From IMG/VR virus record IMGVR_UViG_3300000932_000004, positions 1 to 60,117 of that record: a DNA stretch of 60,117 nucleotides, one strand, 5' to 3'. A program made the position numbers and the translations under genes. Source of the stretch: a virus (lineage: Duplodnaviria > Caudoviricetes). Under the pieces are notes generated by a model, which was given only the letters and a program-made list of their open reading frames with translations, ran no database searches and was not told where the DNA came from. Of the stretch, positions 1 to 10,556 are shown piece by piece; position 1 is the stretch's first letter; each line of letters begins with the position of its first letter.

Positions 1-1263
1 AGTTCTAACAATAAAACCATTTGTTCCTAAATTATGTAGTGCTAATGCTTGTCCTGTTAAACCAAATGTCCATGTTCTATTATTTTCAAGTGTTTGTGTC
101 GCACCACCAGTTATACCATTATTTGTTATAAAAGTTAAAGTTGTTGTATTTAAAACACCATTAATATCAGTTAATGATCTATTAACCCATAATTCCGTAT
201 TCGTATCATATACCAACAAATGGTTAGACATTGGTGTTACAATACTAACACCCTCATCATCATTTATATTTGAACCAAATGTTGGTCTTACAAAGATCTC
301 ACCATTAATATTATCAGATGTAATAACAATTGCAACTGTAATAATATTATTTGGTGCAACTGGTACAATATCGGTAAAACCACCTGAAGTTAATGGTGAT
401 GCATATAAAATTGTACCCTCTGGATATAGTGATGTATCGATTTTTCTTATTTTACCAAATGAAGTTACAAATCCATCTGAACCGTTCGGAATTGATTCCG
501 CTGTAACTCCAATTAAAAATTTTGATGGAAATGATCCATCTGCAATAAATGGTGCTATTAATATTCTACCACTACTACCTAATGTACCATCAGCTCTAAC
601 AACAGTACCCTTTGGTATTGTACTACCTGTTTGGTTTTTGACATAAAAAAATGTTTCCTGTCCTATCTTATGTGTAACATTGGTATCTAATCCTAAAAAT
701 AATGTTTCATCATCTGAACTCCAAATTAATTCACCTGGATCAACATCACCCAATGTTGGATTCGTATTAAATTTAATATATTCAGTTGTTAAACCATATA
801 TACCTAAATCAACATTATTAGTCGCACCCGTATATGGAACATATAATGATACATTAACACCTAAATCTAAAGCAGTAAGTGTTCTAGTCGTAAATCCTGT
901 TACTGAACCAATTGAGTCAGTAGTAAAATTTGCTAATACAGTTGCTCCAGAAAGTGTTTCATTTATTGGAGTATAAGCTGGATGTATATATTCATTAATT
1001 GGATTATAATCACTTAAATCACCATTTGTAGTACCTAAATATTCATAATATGTGTCATTTTCCGCAACATAATATATAAAATTTTCATACTGGTCTTGTT
1101 GACCATTATATAAATCATTTAGTGTGTTATATAATAAATGTATTGGTTTTGTTGGGTATTCAGTATAATGATCCCAAGTACTACCAGTCCATATCCAAGA
1201 TATATTATTTTGTGTATGAATTTCACCCACAGTAGGTGACTGTGGAAATGTAAAAATACTCAT
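1..1263 (-). CDS. Tail fibre-like virion protein, C-terminus beyond window start (absent from ORF track)
   Basis: Open frame from ATG at 1263 (MSIFTFPQSPTVGEIHTQNN...) to the window edge; shares YLGTTNGD..DY/HP.YTP module with 1698..5924 and VPYTGAT/VKNQTGSTI.KG modules with 6530..8080. Confidence 0.75.
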   Translation of the reverse strand, partial: MSIFTFPQSPTVGEIHTQNNISWIWTGSTWDHYTEYPTKPIHLLYNTLNDLYNGQQDQYENFIYYVAENDTYYEYLGTTNGDLSDYNPINEYIHPAYTPINETLSGATVLANFTTDSIGSVTGFTTRTLTALDLGVNVSLYVPYTGATNNVDLGIYGLTTEYIKFNTNPTLGDVDPGELIWSSDDETLFLGLDTNVTHKIGQETFFYVKNQTGSTIPKGTVVRADGTLGSSGRILIAPFIADGSFPSKFLIGVTAESIPNGSDGFVTSFGKIRKIDTSLYPEGTILYASPLTSGGFTDIVPVAPNNIITVAIVITSDNINGEIFVRPTFGSNINDDEGVSIVTPMSNHLLVYDTNTELWVNRSLTDINGVLNTTTLTFITNNGITGGATQTLENNRTWTFGLTGQALALHNLGTNGFIVRT

Positions 1264-1294
1264 ATTATGAATTTATATATATAAATACAATTAT

Positions 1295-1693
1295 TCAAAT
1301 AAGATTTGTAGTTTCTTCAACCCAAAAATTATCATAATATATATATTTTTTCCACGTTGTATTATTTACCCATTTATCACCAACTAATGGATTTGTGGGT
1401 GCTGATGTTGAAATTGTTATTGGTGCTGGTCTTGAAACAATTGTTCGTTGATTCACATTATCATTTGTTACAACCATTCTGTCAAACTTTAACTTGGGTT
1501 GTTGAAACATTTGATTATTTGCAGAATCAATAATAACATGACCGTCAATAGAATCATCAATTATTGTACCACCGCCATTGTTGGTTACATTATCATCATA
1601 TATCTTTAAAAGATTGTCATTAGTGATTTGACTATAACCAGCACCGTATATACCTTTTCCTAAATCTATTATTTCATGTATAATCTTTTTCAT
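1295..1693 (-). CDS. Small tail-fibre-associated protein
   Basis: C-terminal SAPTNPLVGDKWVN..YIYYDNFWVE fibre-type repeat; N-terminus resembles an internal segment of 1698..5924. Confidence 0.6.
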   Translation of the reverse strand: MKKIIHEIIDLGKGIYGAGYSQITNDNLLKIYDDNVTNNGGGTIIDDSIDGHVIIDSANNQMFQQPKLKFDRMVVTNDNVNQRTIVSRPAPITISTSAPTNPLVGDKWVNNTTWKKYIYYDNFWVEETTNLI

Positions 1694-1697
1694 AATA

Positions 1698-4600
1698 TTA
1701 ACATTGTGTTGGTGATTGTGATGTTATCTCACCATTGGTTGAATTAATATTCCAAACAATACTATCGATAAATACAAAATCAAAACCAGTTAACGGTATA
1801 CTACCGTTAATATCCGTAAATACGGTACATCCAACATCTATAATAATACAATCAGAATATAATGTTCTACTAAATGATGTTGCATCGTTACATGCTTCAA
1901 TCGATGTATTACCATAACCACAATTATCAAATTGTTGAACACTCGATGATTGACATTGAATAGTTGATATTGATATTAATTCACCAGTTGAATTACTAAT
2001 ATTCCATACAGTACCGTTAAGGACAACATAAATATAACCAGTTAACAGATTACTACCATTAGAGTCTGTATATATAAAGCAACCAGCACTTAATGTCTGA
2101 CAATCTGAATAAAATGTTCTATTATTGAATGTTGCATCATTACATGCATCATTAACACTATTGCCTCTACCTGAATTAGTGAAGCTATAATAAACAGGTG
2201 TTGGACATTGTATGGATGATAATGAATCAATAACACCAGTTGTTGAATTAATATCCCAAACTTGATCATCGATAAATACATTCGTAAAACCTGTTAATGG
2301 TGTATTTCCTAAATCATCAATATAAACTGTACACCCACTTACAATAACTGGACAATCAGAATATAATGTTCTATTATTCAAATTAGAATCATCACAAGCC
2401 TCACTAACTGTATTACCATAACCAGTATTATTAAACGTAATTATTTGTTGTGTACTACATTGTGTTGAAGATACAGATTCGAGTACACCTGTCGTTGAAT
2501 TAATATCCCAAACTTGATCATCGATAAATACGTTAGTAAAACCAGTTAAAGGATTTAACCCATATGTATCAATATATATAGTACAACCAGTCGTAATTAA
2601 TGAACAATCAGAATATAATGTTCTATTATTCGTATTGGCATCATCACAAGCTTCGTTAGATGTATTTCCATATCCACTATAAATAAATAATGTCGTTTCG
2701 ATTATATCATTACAATTTAAAGAACTGACGCTAATTATTTTACCATTTGGATCTAACCCATATACGGTATTATCTATTGATACATAATTTATACCAATTA
2801 CAGGTAAATTACCAAAATCATCATAATAAAGATTACAACCAACTTGTATCGTTTCACAAAAAGTATATAATTTTGAATTTGCATCGTATGCGAGACATGA
2901 ATCAATTTCTGTATCACCAAAACCATATCCTGTTATTTCATATATAACTTCGGTTGTCTCACCTTGACAACTATCATCAATTAAATTTTTAATACCATTT
3001 GGTGAATAATCTCTAGAAAATATTCCAGTACTTTCTTCTACAATATTTAATAATATATTTGCATAATATTTTATTTTGATATTATCATTAATATTTAAAG
3101 ATACTGTATCTTTAATTGTTATTGTGTTATTATCATATTCGATAATATAATTGGTTGGTGATAATATATCATCATTTATTGTTAAAATAACAACATTACT
3201 AAATAATGGATTATTTAATAAAAATTTCCTATTTAAACCATCAAATACAAAACCATCTAAATATACACCATAATTATTATTAACAGGTGTTGTTGGTAAT
3301 ATATTTCTTTCGGCTAAAATACTTAATTTAATGTTATTATTCGATATCGTATCTCTTAAAGATGTATTTATAAAATTAATTGTAATTTGATTATATAAAT
3401 CTTGGTTACTTGATGGTGGATTATCTGTTATTACTATAATTTGTTTACTTACATTTTCTCTAAATGGCGTTATAAAATCGGTTCTTGTGGTGCCAGTAAA
3501 AGGAATACCATTAACGCATATATCTATTGCCAAATCATATGGTTCAGGTGCACTCGCACCACCACCCAATGGAAAATAATCAGGATCTTGATCATCTGTT
3601 ATATATATTTTATTTATATTTGTAATAAATTCATTTACATTCTGATCGGAAAAATCAACAATATTTGTTATAAATTGTTTACGATTATTTTCACCAATAT
3701 TAATATACACTTTACCGTCATTTAGTAACTCCTGATAAAAAGTAGAACCACTATAATTTGGATTGTCGTCATCAATTGTTTTAGTATATTCATCCACCAA
3801 TACGCATCCAATCCTATAATCACCACCACTATTATTTATTATCGAATTAGTAAATCCACTCGGTGATAATAAATCATTTTTAATCTCTTCAATAACATTA
3901 CCCATACTATCTGTATAATCCAACACAAATAATATATCAACACCGTTATCACAACTTTCTGGTACACCAGGTTCATCACATTCAATTACAACATTATATT
4001 TACTATCGGTATCATTTATTATTAGTGGTGGATCTAATTGATTTATATATGAAGCAATTTGTGGTTTAACTGGAAACGAAAAATTAATCGAATCGCATGG
4101 TATGTTTAACACTCTAACAAAGTTATCCTGTACAAATGCATCACAACAAACATTACAACGATCTGATATTAATAATAAATCAGATTCCGTTATTGTATTT
4201 TCATTTAATCCGTATAATCCCTTTCCATTATTAATTAGTTCAAATATAATATCACACTCATCTGGTGTTGGTGTAACCCCATCTGGACATGTTATATTAT
4301 ATTCCCAAGCAGTACCACTAATAGGACCATATACTTCAATGGTAATAAGTGGATCTGTGTTATATTTAGTATATGATAAACTTCCTAATCCACTACCCAA
4401 TATTCTAGGATATCCATCATCTGTAAAATTAACCAAATCTGGGTATGTTGTACCTAAAACAGGATCTGTTAATCCACTTAATGAGTTTATAAATGTTTGT
4501 CTATTTGCACCACCAAAATCATATGCTGAACTACCTCTATAACCAGTATCGATTAAAATAAAATCATTATATTTAACAATAAATCTGTCAGGTACCGTAT

Positions 4601-5924
4601 ATGCATTATAATTTAAAGTAACCTCACCAGTATCTTCACCCATGAATACTGTATCAGTCTGTGGATACGATTGTCCACCGCTAAATAATGTAGTTGCTCC
4701 ACAAACAACATTAAAATTTGTTTTTTTTATTAAAATATTTAATTTACTATCAGTTTCGGTAATTTCATAGGGTGTTTGTAAATTATTTATATAAGTTACA
4801 ATTTGTGTTGCAATTGGTTGATCAAAATCAATTTCTGATTGTGGTATTTCTAAGACTCTTACAATATTATCTTGTTCTGAAGATTCAATAACAACTTTAT
4901 TACCAGATTCAAAAGTAACCTCCGTACCGTTTCTACCCTCAATTTGAATAAAATCATTATTGGTTGTTGCGGATATTGCAGTTGTACCGCTAATATCTCT
5001 TATTTCTTTAAAAATATTCTGATCAGAACCCTTATCGTCATTTTCAAAAATAATATCACCATCACCAACTAATCTTTCTGTTGTATTACCTGTAACGGAT
5101 AATCCACTATTTGGTGGTATTATTATATCACCCTTCAAAAAAGCTGGTTCTGCACCAATATCTTCAGGTGTTAATGTTCTTGTTTCAATATTAACAACAC
5201 TACCAATATTATCTGTTACAATTCTTGATATCACAGTTGATCCCGTAAATGTAATATCAAAATCTGTATAGCTTGGATGTATATATATCGTATCTTGTGA
5301 TGATATTGTTAATGTATTTCCAGATGTATCTAAAGTTACATTATCACCAGCATTAATATTTAATATATTTTCAGATTCAACAACATAAAATTCAGTGTCA
5401 TTAATATTTAAAACCCAATTACTATAAAAATCAGCATTTGTTGACCCAGAATATCCTAAATCGGATAAATTTAATTCTCTTACTGTTAAATTTACAACAC
5501 TACCAATAGAATCAGTCTCGATATCCTGAATTACAGTTGCACCTGTTAATGTTAGGTTATATGGTGTATATGTTGGATGTACATATTGTGGAGAACTAAA
5601 TATATTATAATCGGTTATATCTCCGTTTGTTGTACCCAAATATTCCCAATAAACCGATCCATCATAATAAATAAATTGTTTAAGCTGATATTGTTGATCA
5701 GCTATCATTTCGGCCTCTGAAGTATATTTTTTATGTATTGGTCTTTCCCAAGGTATCCATTCATTATCATTCCAATAATATGGTACATTATAAAAACTAT
5801 CATAATATACTTGTCCCTCTATTGGAACTAAAGGTGCTTGAAATAAATTCTGTAATACAGCATTTAATAGTTCTCGTTGAGAAAAATCGACATTAACCGA
5901 AAATATATGTTTATTTAAAGCCAT
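1698..5924 (-). CDS. Large multidomain fibre/adhesin with vWA domain and five C-terminal Cys-rich repeats
   Basis: DILFVLDYTDSM MIDAS-like motif, IIVITDNPP; 5 x ~84 aa repeats; position in tail cluster. Confidence 0.75.
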   Translation of the reverse strand: MALNKHIFSVNVDFSQRELLNAVLQNLFQAPLVPIEGQVYYDSFYNVPYYWNDNEWIPWERPIHKKYTSEAEMIADQQYQLKQFIYYDGSVYWEYLGTTNGDITDYNIFSSPQYVHPTYTPYNLTLTGATVIQDIETDSIGSVVNLTVRELNLSDLGYSGSTNADFYSNWVLNINDTEFYVVESENILNINAGDNVTLDTSGNTLTISSQDTIYIHPSYTDFDITFTGSTVISRIVTDNIGSVVNIETRTLTPEDIGAEPAFLKGDIIIPPNSGLSVTGNTTERLVGDGDIIFENDDKGSDQNIFKEIRDISGTTAISATTNNDFIQIEGRNGTEVTFESGNKVVIESSEQDNIVRVLEIPQSEIDFDQPIATQIVTYINNLQTPYEITETDSKLNILIKKTNFNVVCGATTLFSGGQSYPQTDTVFMGEDTGEVTLNYNAYTVPDRFIVKYNDFILIDTGYRGSSAYDFGGANRQTFINSLSGLTDPVLGTTYPDLVNFTDDGYPRILGSGLGSLSYTKYNTDPLITIEVYGPISGTAWEYNITCPDGVTPTPDECDIIFELINNGKGLYGLNENTITESDLLLISDRCNVCCDAFVQDNFVRVLNIPCDSINFSFPVKPQIASYINQLDPPLIINDTDSKYNVVIECDEPGVPESCDNGVDILFVLDYTDSMGNVIEEIKNDLLSPSGFTNSIINNSGGDYRIGCVLVDEYTKTIDDDNPNYSGSTFYQELLNDGKVYINIGENNRKQFITNIVDFSDQNVNEFITNINKIYITDDQDPDYFPLGGGASAPEPYDLAIDICVNGIPFTGTTRTDFITPFRENVSKQIIVITDNPPSSNQDLYNQITINFINTSLRDTISNNNIKLSILAERNILPTTPVNNNYGVYLDGFVFDGLNRKFLLNNPLFSNVVILTINDDILSPTNYIIEYDNNTITIKDTVSLNINDNIKIKYYANILLNIVEESTGIFSRDYSPNGIKNLIDDSCQGETTEVIYEITGYGFGDTEIDSCLAYDANSKLYTFCETIQVGCNLYYDDFGNLPVIGINYVSIDNTVYGLDPNGKIISVSSLNCNDIIETTLFIYSGYGNTSNEACDDANTNNRTLYSDCSLITTGCTIYIDTYGLNPLTGFTNVFIDDQVWDINSTTGVLESVSSTQCSTQQIITFNNTGYGNTVSEACDDSNLNNRTLYSDCPVIVSGCTVYIDDLGNTPLTGFTNVFIDDQVWDINSTTGVIDSLSSIQCPTPVYYSFTNSGRGNSVNDACNDATFNNRTFYSDCQTLSAGCFIYTDSNGSNLLTGYIYVVLNGTVWNISNSTGELISISTIQCQSSSVQQFDNCGYGNTSIEACNDATSFSRTLYSDCIIIDVGCTVFTDINGSIPLTGFDFVFIDSIVWNINSTNGEITSQSPTQC
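1701..2950 (-). repeat. Five tandem ~84-aa Cys-rich coding repeats
   Basis: GYGNT..EAC.D...NRTLYSDC..I..GC.VY.D..G..PLTG...VWDINSTTG...QC; exact 38-bp DNA duplicate at 2242-2279 and 2494-2531 (252 bp period). Confidence 0.9.
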
Positions 5925-5928
5925 CTAA

Positions 5929-6504
5929 TTAATTGCAAATAGCCTCACCACTGATGGGTGAAGCAAATTGTAGGGTAATATTATTTAAATCTACGTATGT
6001 TAACGAACCAACAACCATATTTCCAGAACTATCGATTATGGTTACAGATGGTTTTTTATCTAAATTATGTGTAAATGACCAAGTATTTGATGGAGGACCC
6101 TGTAGATGAACATAGTTTTTATCACCAGTTACATCTTCTTGTGTTATATTTCTATTATATGTAATTTTTATACTATCATTACCGATATATTTTATTGTGA
6201 TAATATTTAATTCATTAACAGTATATTTACCAAATTCTGAAACAATTCCAATTGAACCACTAAATGGTGAATATGTGGGTAATATCGACCCCTGATGAAA
6301 AATTTCGGATTCTGAACCAATAAATGCATTTGTTAAATCCAGTGTAATGGTATTTGCCGATAATGGTTGAGTTGCGGTACCAACAATATACCCCTCTTCT
6401 TTATCGAATAATAGTTTACTGAATGAATTTGCAGGTATCTGTTCAGGTTGGTATTGAACAATTTGACCTCTTTTAAGTTTATCCTTTTCTAACAAAATAG
6501 CCAT
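5929..6504 (-). CDS. Virion structural protein (fibre-associated)
   Basis: C-terminal W.FTHNL..KPSVTIID beta module common in phage fibre proteins; GTATTTAT motif upstream. Confidence 0.55.
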   Translation of the reverse strand: MAILLEKDKLKRGQIVQYQPEQIPANSFSKLLFDKEEGYIVGTATQPLSANTITLDLTNAFIGSESEIFHQGSILPTYSPFSGSIGIVSEFGKYTVNELNIITIKYIGNDSIKITYNRNITQEDVTGDKNYVHLQGPPSNTWSFTHNLDKKPSVTIIDSSGNMVVGSLTYVDLNNITLQFASPISGEAICN

Positions 6505-6529
6505 TTATATAATTTTTATATAAATACTA

Positions 6530-8080
6530 TTATGTCATTTCTTTAATATAATAAACATGTATTTGGTCTGGTTCTGGATCTGTTTCAAATATAATATCAC
6601 CAGTAAATGTTATAGTATCACCACTTAAACTATAGTAATCATCAGGAATAAATTGTCCATTGACAAATATTGTATTAATCGAATCGGCAGTTTCAGATAA
6701 AGTAAAAGTATCACCACTAACAAATACAAAATCTTCTTTTTTAATAATATCACCAATAACTGGTTTAATTAATGCCTCATCCAATTGATCTTGTATATTC
6801 CCAGTTACACCAGATAATGCAATTAATTCAGTTGTTGTTATACCTGTCGTTGCAATCTTCCCACTACCATCACTAACAACAACTAAGTTGGTATTTAAAT
6901 CATCATCCGTGATAGTTGTTGCGGCACCAGTAATCTCTGTTTGATATGCTGTAGAATCTAAACTACCATCACCTTTAACAAATTGTGTATCATCACCATT
7001 TAATAAATCTTCAAGTGATTCATTTTCCCAATTACCAGTAAAAGAATTATAAACAAGTAAATCTTTATTTGCTAGAGTTATTGTTGATATAAATGTGTTA
7101 TTTATATCTTCTAAATTTTGTGATATTACTGGTTTAACATATAAAATACCGTCAGATGAACCGACCTTTATAACAATGGCAATTGGTATTTTAATATTAG
7201 GTCCATTTGGTTTAAATTTTGTAAGACCACCAGAAACTGAACTACTCACATATAAATAATCACCATTTATCCAAGTTTCACCATATAAAGAACCAGTTGT
7301 ATTAATACCACTAATATAACCATTTGTTATAACAAAACCCTTTTGAGTATTTGAAATATTTTCACCAACAATCCCTAAAATATTTTTACCATCATCAGTA
7401 CCCGCAGACAATGATACTAATAATTTTTCATCCGTAGTTGAACTACCAATATATTTTACGACTCTACCTTTAGATATTGTACTACCCGTTTGATTTTTAA
7501 CGAGTACATAATTATCCAAACCAAGATTTGTATTAATATTTGTATTTAAACCTAGTTTAATACTACCATCAGATTCACTCCATACTAATCTACCCTTTTG
7601 TATTGTTGATGTGGGTGTTAAATCTATATCAATATAATCAGATTCAATACCCTGATCACCTAATTCAACTGTTTTTGTGGCACCAGTATATGGTACAAAA
7701 TCACCACTAACACCACCAGTTGCATTATTTATTAGTGTAATAACCTGACCCAGTGTGGTCGATTCATTATTGTTTACAGCATCTGCATGTACAATTGTTG
7801 TAGTAGTTGTATTATTATTGTCTGTAATTTCCTGTAGTGTTAATTCGACAAGTTTTTTTACTTCTGAATCTGAGAAATCACCGTAATAATAATAATATTC
7901 TATATCGGAATTTGGAATATCGGATGGATTTGTATAAACACCAAATATCAATCCAGCATATCTTCTTGCTTGTGGTATTGCTGTATTTGCTGCAGCTATA
8001 GATACATAAGGACCAAATTTATCATCAACTGGTTTCCCAGCTAAAATTAATAAACTATCATTAAATTCAAATATCGCCAT
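6530..8080 (-). CDS. Tail fibre-like protein
   Basis: Shares central modules with 1..1263; C-terminal VNG...DY...TITF small beta domain. Confidence 0.65.
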   Translation of the reverse strand: MAIFEFNDSLLILAGKPVDDKFGPYVSIAAANTAIPQARRYAGLIFGVYTNPSDIPNSDIEYYYYYGDFSDSEVKKLVELTLQEITDNNNTTTTTIVHADAVNNNESTTLGQVITLINNATGGVSGDFVPYTGATKTVELGDQGIESDYIDIDLTPTSTIQKGRLVWSESDGSIKLGLNTNINTNLGLDNYVLVKNQTGSTISKGRVVKYIGSSTTDEKLLVSLSAGTDDGKNILGIVGENISNTQKGFVITNGYISGINTTGSLYGETWINGDYLYVSSSVSGGLTKFKPNGPNIKIPIAIVIKVGSSDGILYVKPVISQNLEDINNTFISTITLANKDLLVYNSFTGNWENESLEDLLNGDDTQFVKGDGSLDSTAYQTEITGAATTITDDDLNTNLVVVSDGSGKIATTGITTTELIALSGVTGNIQDQLDEALIKPVIGDIIKKEDFVFVSGDTFTLSETADSINTIFVNGQFIPDDYYSLSGDTITFTGDIIFETDPEPDQIHVYYIKEMT

Positions 8081-8081
8081 A

Positions 8082-9776
8082 TTATGTTAAAACATCAATA
8101 AATTCAGCATTAGTTCTATAGTTACTTATATATAATCTATATTCAATATTATTATATGTGACTGTAACAGGATCAGGAAATAAATTTCCACTTATTATTT
8201 TATCACCACCAATTATACCCTTATTTAATATTGTAACAAACCATTCAGTTCTTAACGGAAATGCGGATGGTATTGCAAACCAAATAAAATCATTTACACC
8301 AGAATTAAAAGGTATTGTTATTGCAAAATCATTTAAATTAACATTATTCACTGCAACACCTGTCGAAATATCAATATCATTCTCTGTTGGTATTGTTACA
8401 TTTCCACCAAGTACCTCATATGTACCGTAAAAATATGTTCCAATATCACCAATATCCACAGGACAACCAAAATCCGAAAATTGTGCGTCATGCTCAACCA
8501 ATGTCCAATTTCTATTTGATTTATAACTCATTGCATATAATAATTCTTGATCTGTAATTGTTATTATTTTCAAATCATTGAAAATATACCCAACAACATT
8601 ATCCCAATTATCTACTAAATAATAATAGTTTAATGTGAAATTATTTTCGGTATATGTTTTTAACACATTATCTGATTTAAATTGTACACCAATTTTATCA
8701 TCCTGATTTTTATGCCATAATATTGTTGGTAGATTAATAAAAATATCATCCACAAATTTTTCACCATACTTATTTGACGGATTATAATTTGTATAATGAA
8801 TAATACCAATATTTTTATGATTAAATTCGGGTGTTGTTATATAGTTTAAAAAACCAGCATATTTGGACGAATTTTGATTTTTTAATTGTTTGTTATTTTC
8901 TTTAATACCTGCAATATCTTGAGTATATAAAATATTTAAATTCCATATATTTGATTCAAGTGGTGGGGTATTACAATTTTTATCAAAATTCAAAATACCA
9001 TCTTCCCAATAATCAGATTTATACTGACTATTATAGAAATTCTCCATTGAATTAAATTTGGGAAATATCGCCCCATATGAATATTGTGTTGTAACACCTG
9101 TACCGAAATTAGGTAAATCTCTATCTACTGTAACTGTTAATGTATTATCGGATAATTGTCCATTGATTTCTGTAATTTTATACCATAAAAATACCATTAA
9201 TGCATTACCGTTTATAACACCATCATTGAAATTATTATTTGATGTTATATATGGATTTGACCAATTAACCAATAAATAATCACCAATACTCGGTTCATTT
9301 GTATTTGAACCGTATGTTGTGTTTTTAACAATATCAAGTTCCCTATTATTATTTGAATCTAACTGAGATATATCAATTCTAATATCACCCTGTACAACAT
9401 AGTCACTATTATTATTTAATATATGGTTATAAGTTGTACCTGAAAAAAATCCAGTATCATCTACTTCATTTTCATATGTTATTAAGTTAGTTGTTAATTG
9501 ATTAAACACATTTCTAGATTCACCATCGGTTGTATTTAGTATAGGATTTTTGATTTTCCTATATCCATCTATTGGTTTTAATATTAAAGAATCTTCAGAT
9601 AATGGATCAACAGCACCCTCACCGTCATTATAAAAACCATATAGGTATTCACTATCACCAACAGAAAAAAATGCGGGTCTAAAATTACCTTGTGCAATTT
9701 TGATTCTACCCTGTTCTGTTAATTTACAGTAAACATACGTACTTTCACTATTATCCTCTTTTAATATAAATCCCAT
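8082..9776 (-). CDS. Baseplate/tail-collar structural protein, paralog of 10557..11837
   Basis: KLTEQGR.KIA.G.F....F.VGDSE N-terminus; colinear similarity with 10557..11837 up to KSNRNWTL. Confidence 0.6.
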   Translation of the reverse strand: MGFILKEDNSESTYVYCKLTEQGRIKIAQGNFRPAFFSVGDSEYLYGFYNDGEGAVDPLSEDSLILKPIDGYRKIKNPILNTTDGESRNVFNQLTTNLITYENEVDDTGFFSGTTYNHILNNNSDYVVQGDIRIDISQLDSNNNRELDIVKNTTYGSNTNEPSIGDYLLVNWSNPYITSNNNFNDGVINGNALMVFLWYKITEINGQLSDNTLTVTVDRDLPNFGTGVTTQYSYGAIFPKFNSMENFYNSQYKSDYWEDGILNFDKNCNTPPLESNIWNLNILYTQDIAGIKENNKQLKNQNSSKYAGFLNYITTPEFNHKNIGIIHYTNYNPSNKYGEKFVDDIFINLPTILWHKNQDDKIGVQFKSDNVLKTYTENNFTLNYYYLVDNWDNVVGYIFNDLKIITITDQELLYAMSYKSNRNWTLVEHDAQFSDFGCPVDIGDIGTYFYGTYEVLGGNVTIPTENDIDISTGVAVNNVNLNDFAITIPFNSGVNDFIWFAIPSAFPLRTEWFVTILNKGIIGGDKIISGNLFPDPVTVTYNNIEYRLYISNYRTNAEFIDVLT

Positions 9777-9778
9777 TA

Positions 9779-10537
9779 TTAAAAATCTAACTTAAATTCA
9801 ATTGTTCTATATTTATCACTATTTTTATCTATTGGAACATTTAATTTACCAATACCCAATAATGTCCCATCCTCATCATATATTCCAACTTCTGTAACAT
9901 AAACAGTATCACCCTCTGTCCATGTTGGATTTTGTGATGTATTGAATTCATTCAATGGTAATACTGTATTTATTGTCATTGAATGTATTGTTGCTTCAAT
10001 TTTTGCTTTAACATTACCAAAGAAAAAAACCTCTTCACCAAATTGTAAATTACTGTCATCTGTTGAAATCGGATAATTTAAATAACTCAAATCATAGAAA
10101 ATATTATTATTATCATATTCATCCCCAGTTACAAAAAATTTTGATATTTTTAAATCACTCGGTGGTATTGCTGTATTAATCCATGTACTATAATTATTTA
10201 TTGATGATGTTTTATCAAATTTTTTCCACATATTTGGTAAGGGTCTAACATCATCACCGATACCTGAAACTATCTGTATCAATAAATAAAACTTATCAGC
10301 AGACCAACCATACCCATCATTAGATGATGTAATTTCAGATGGACCCCTCATAAATCTAAAAATTTCAGTATCTGGAAAACTAACGATTATTGTTTTATTT
10401 GTATAATCATCCTCTGTTTCAATTCTTTGAATATAATTACAATGAATTGGTGTTTTATATCCAAATCCTACATTTTCCGATAAAGCTGTATTATTCTCTA
10501 ATAAATATGTAACAAAAACTGTTGAAGGTTGTGCCAT
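9779..10537 (-). CDS. Tail-collar/fibre attachment-like structural protein
   Basis: C-terminal VYVTEVGIYDEDGTLLGIGKL motif resembling the second half of tail-collar fibre (DUF3751-like) domains. Confidence 0.55.
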   Translation of the reverse strand: MAQPSTVFVTYLLENNTALSENVGFGYKTPIHCNYIQRIETEDDYTNKTIIVSFPDTEIFRFMRGPSEITSSNDGYGWSADKFYLLIQIVSGIGDDVRPLPNMWKKFDKTSSINNYSTWINTAIPPSDLKISKFFVTGDEYDNNNIFYDLSYLNYPISTDDSNLQFGEEVFFFGNVKAKIEATIHSMTINTVLPLNEFNTSQNPTWTEGDTVYVTEVGIYDEDGTLLGIGKLNVPIDKNSDKYRTIEFKLDF

Positions 10538-10556
10538 TTTTTTAATATAAATACTA

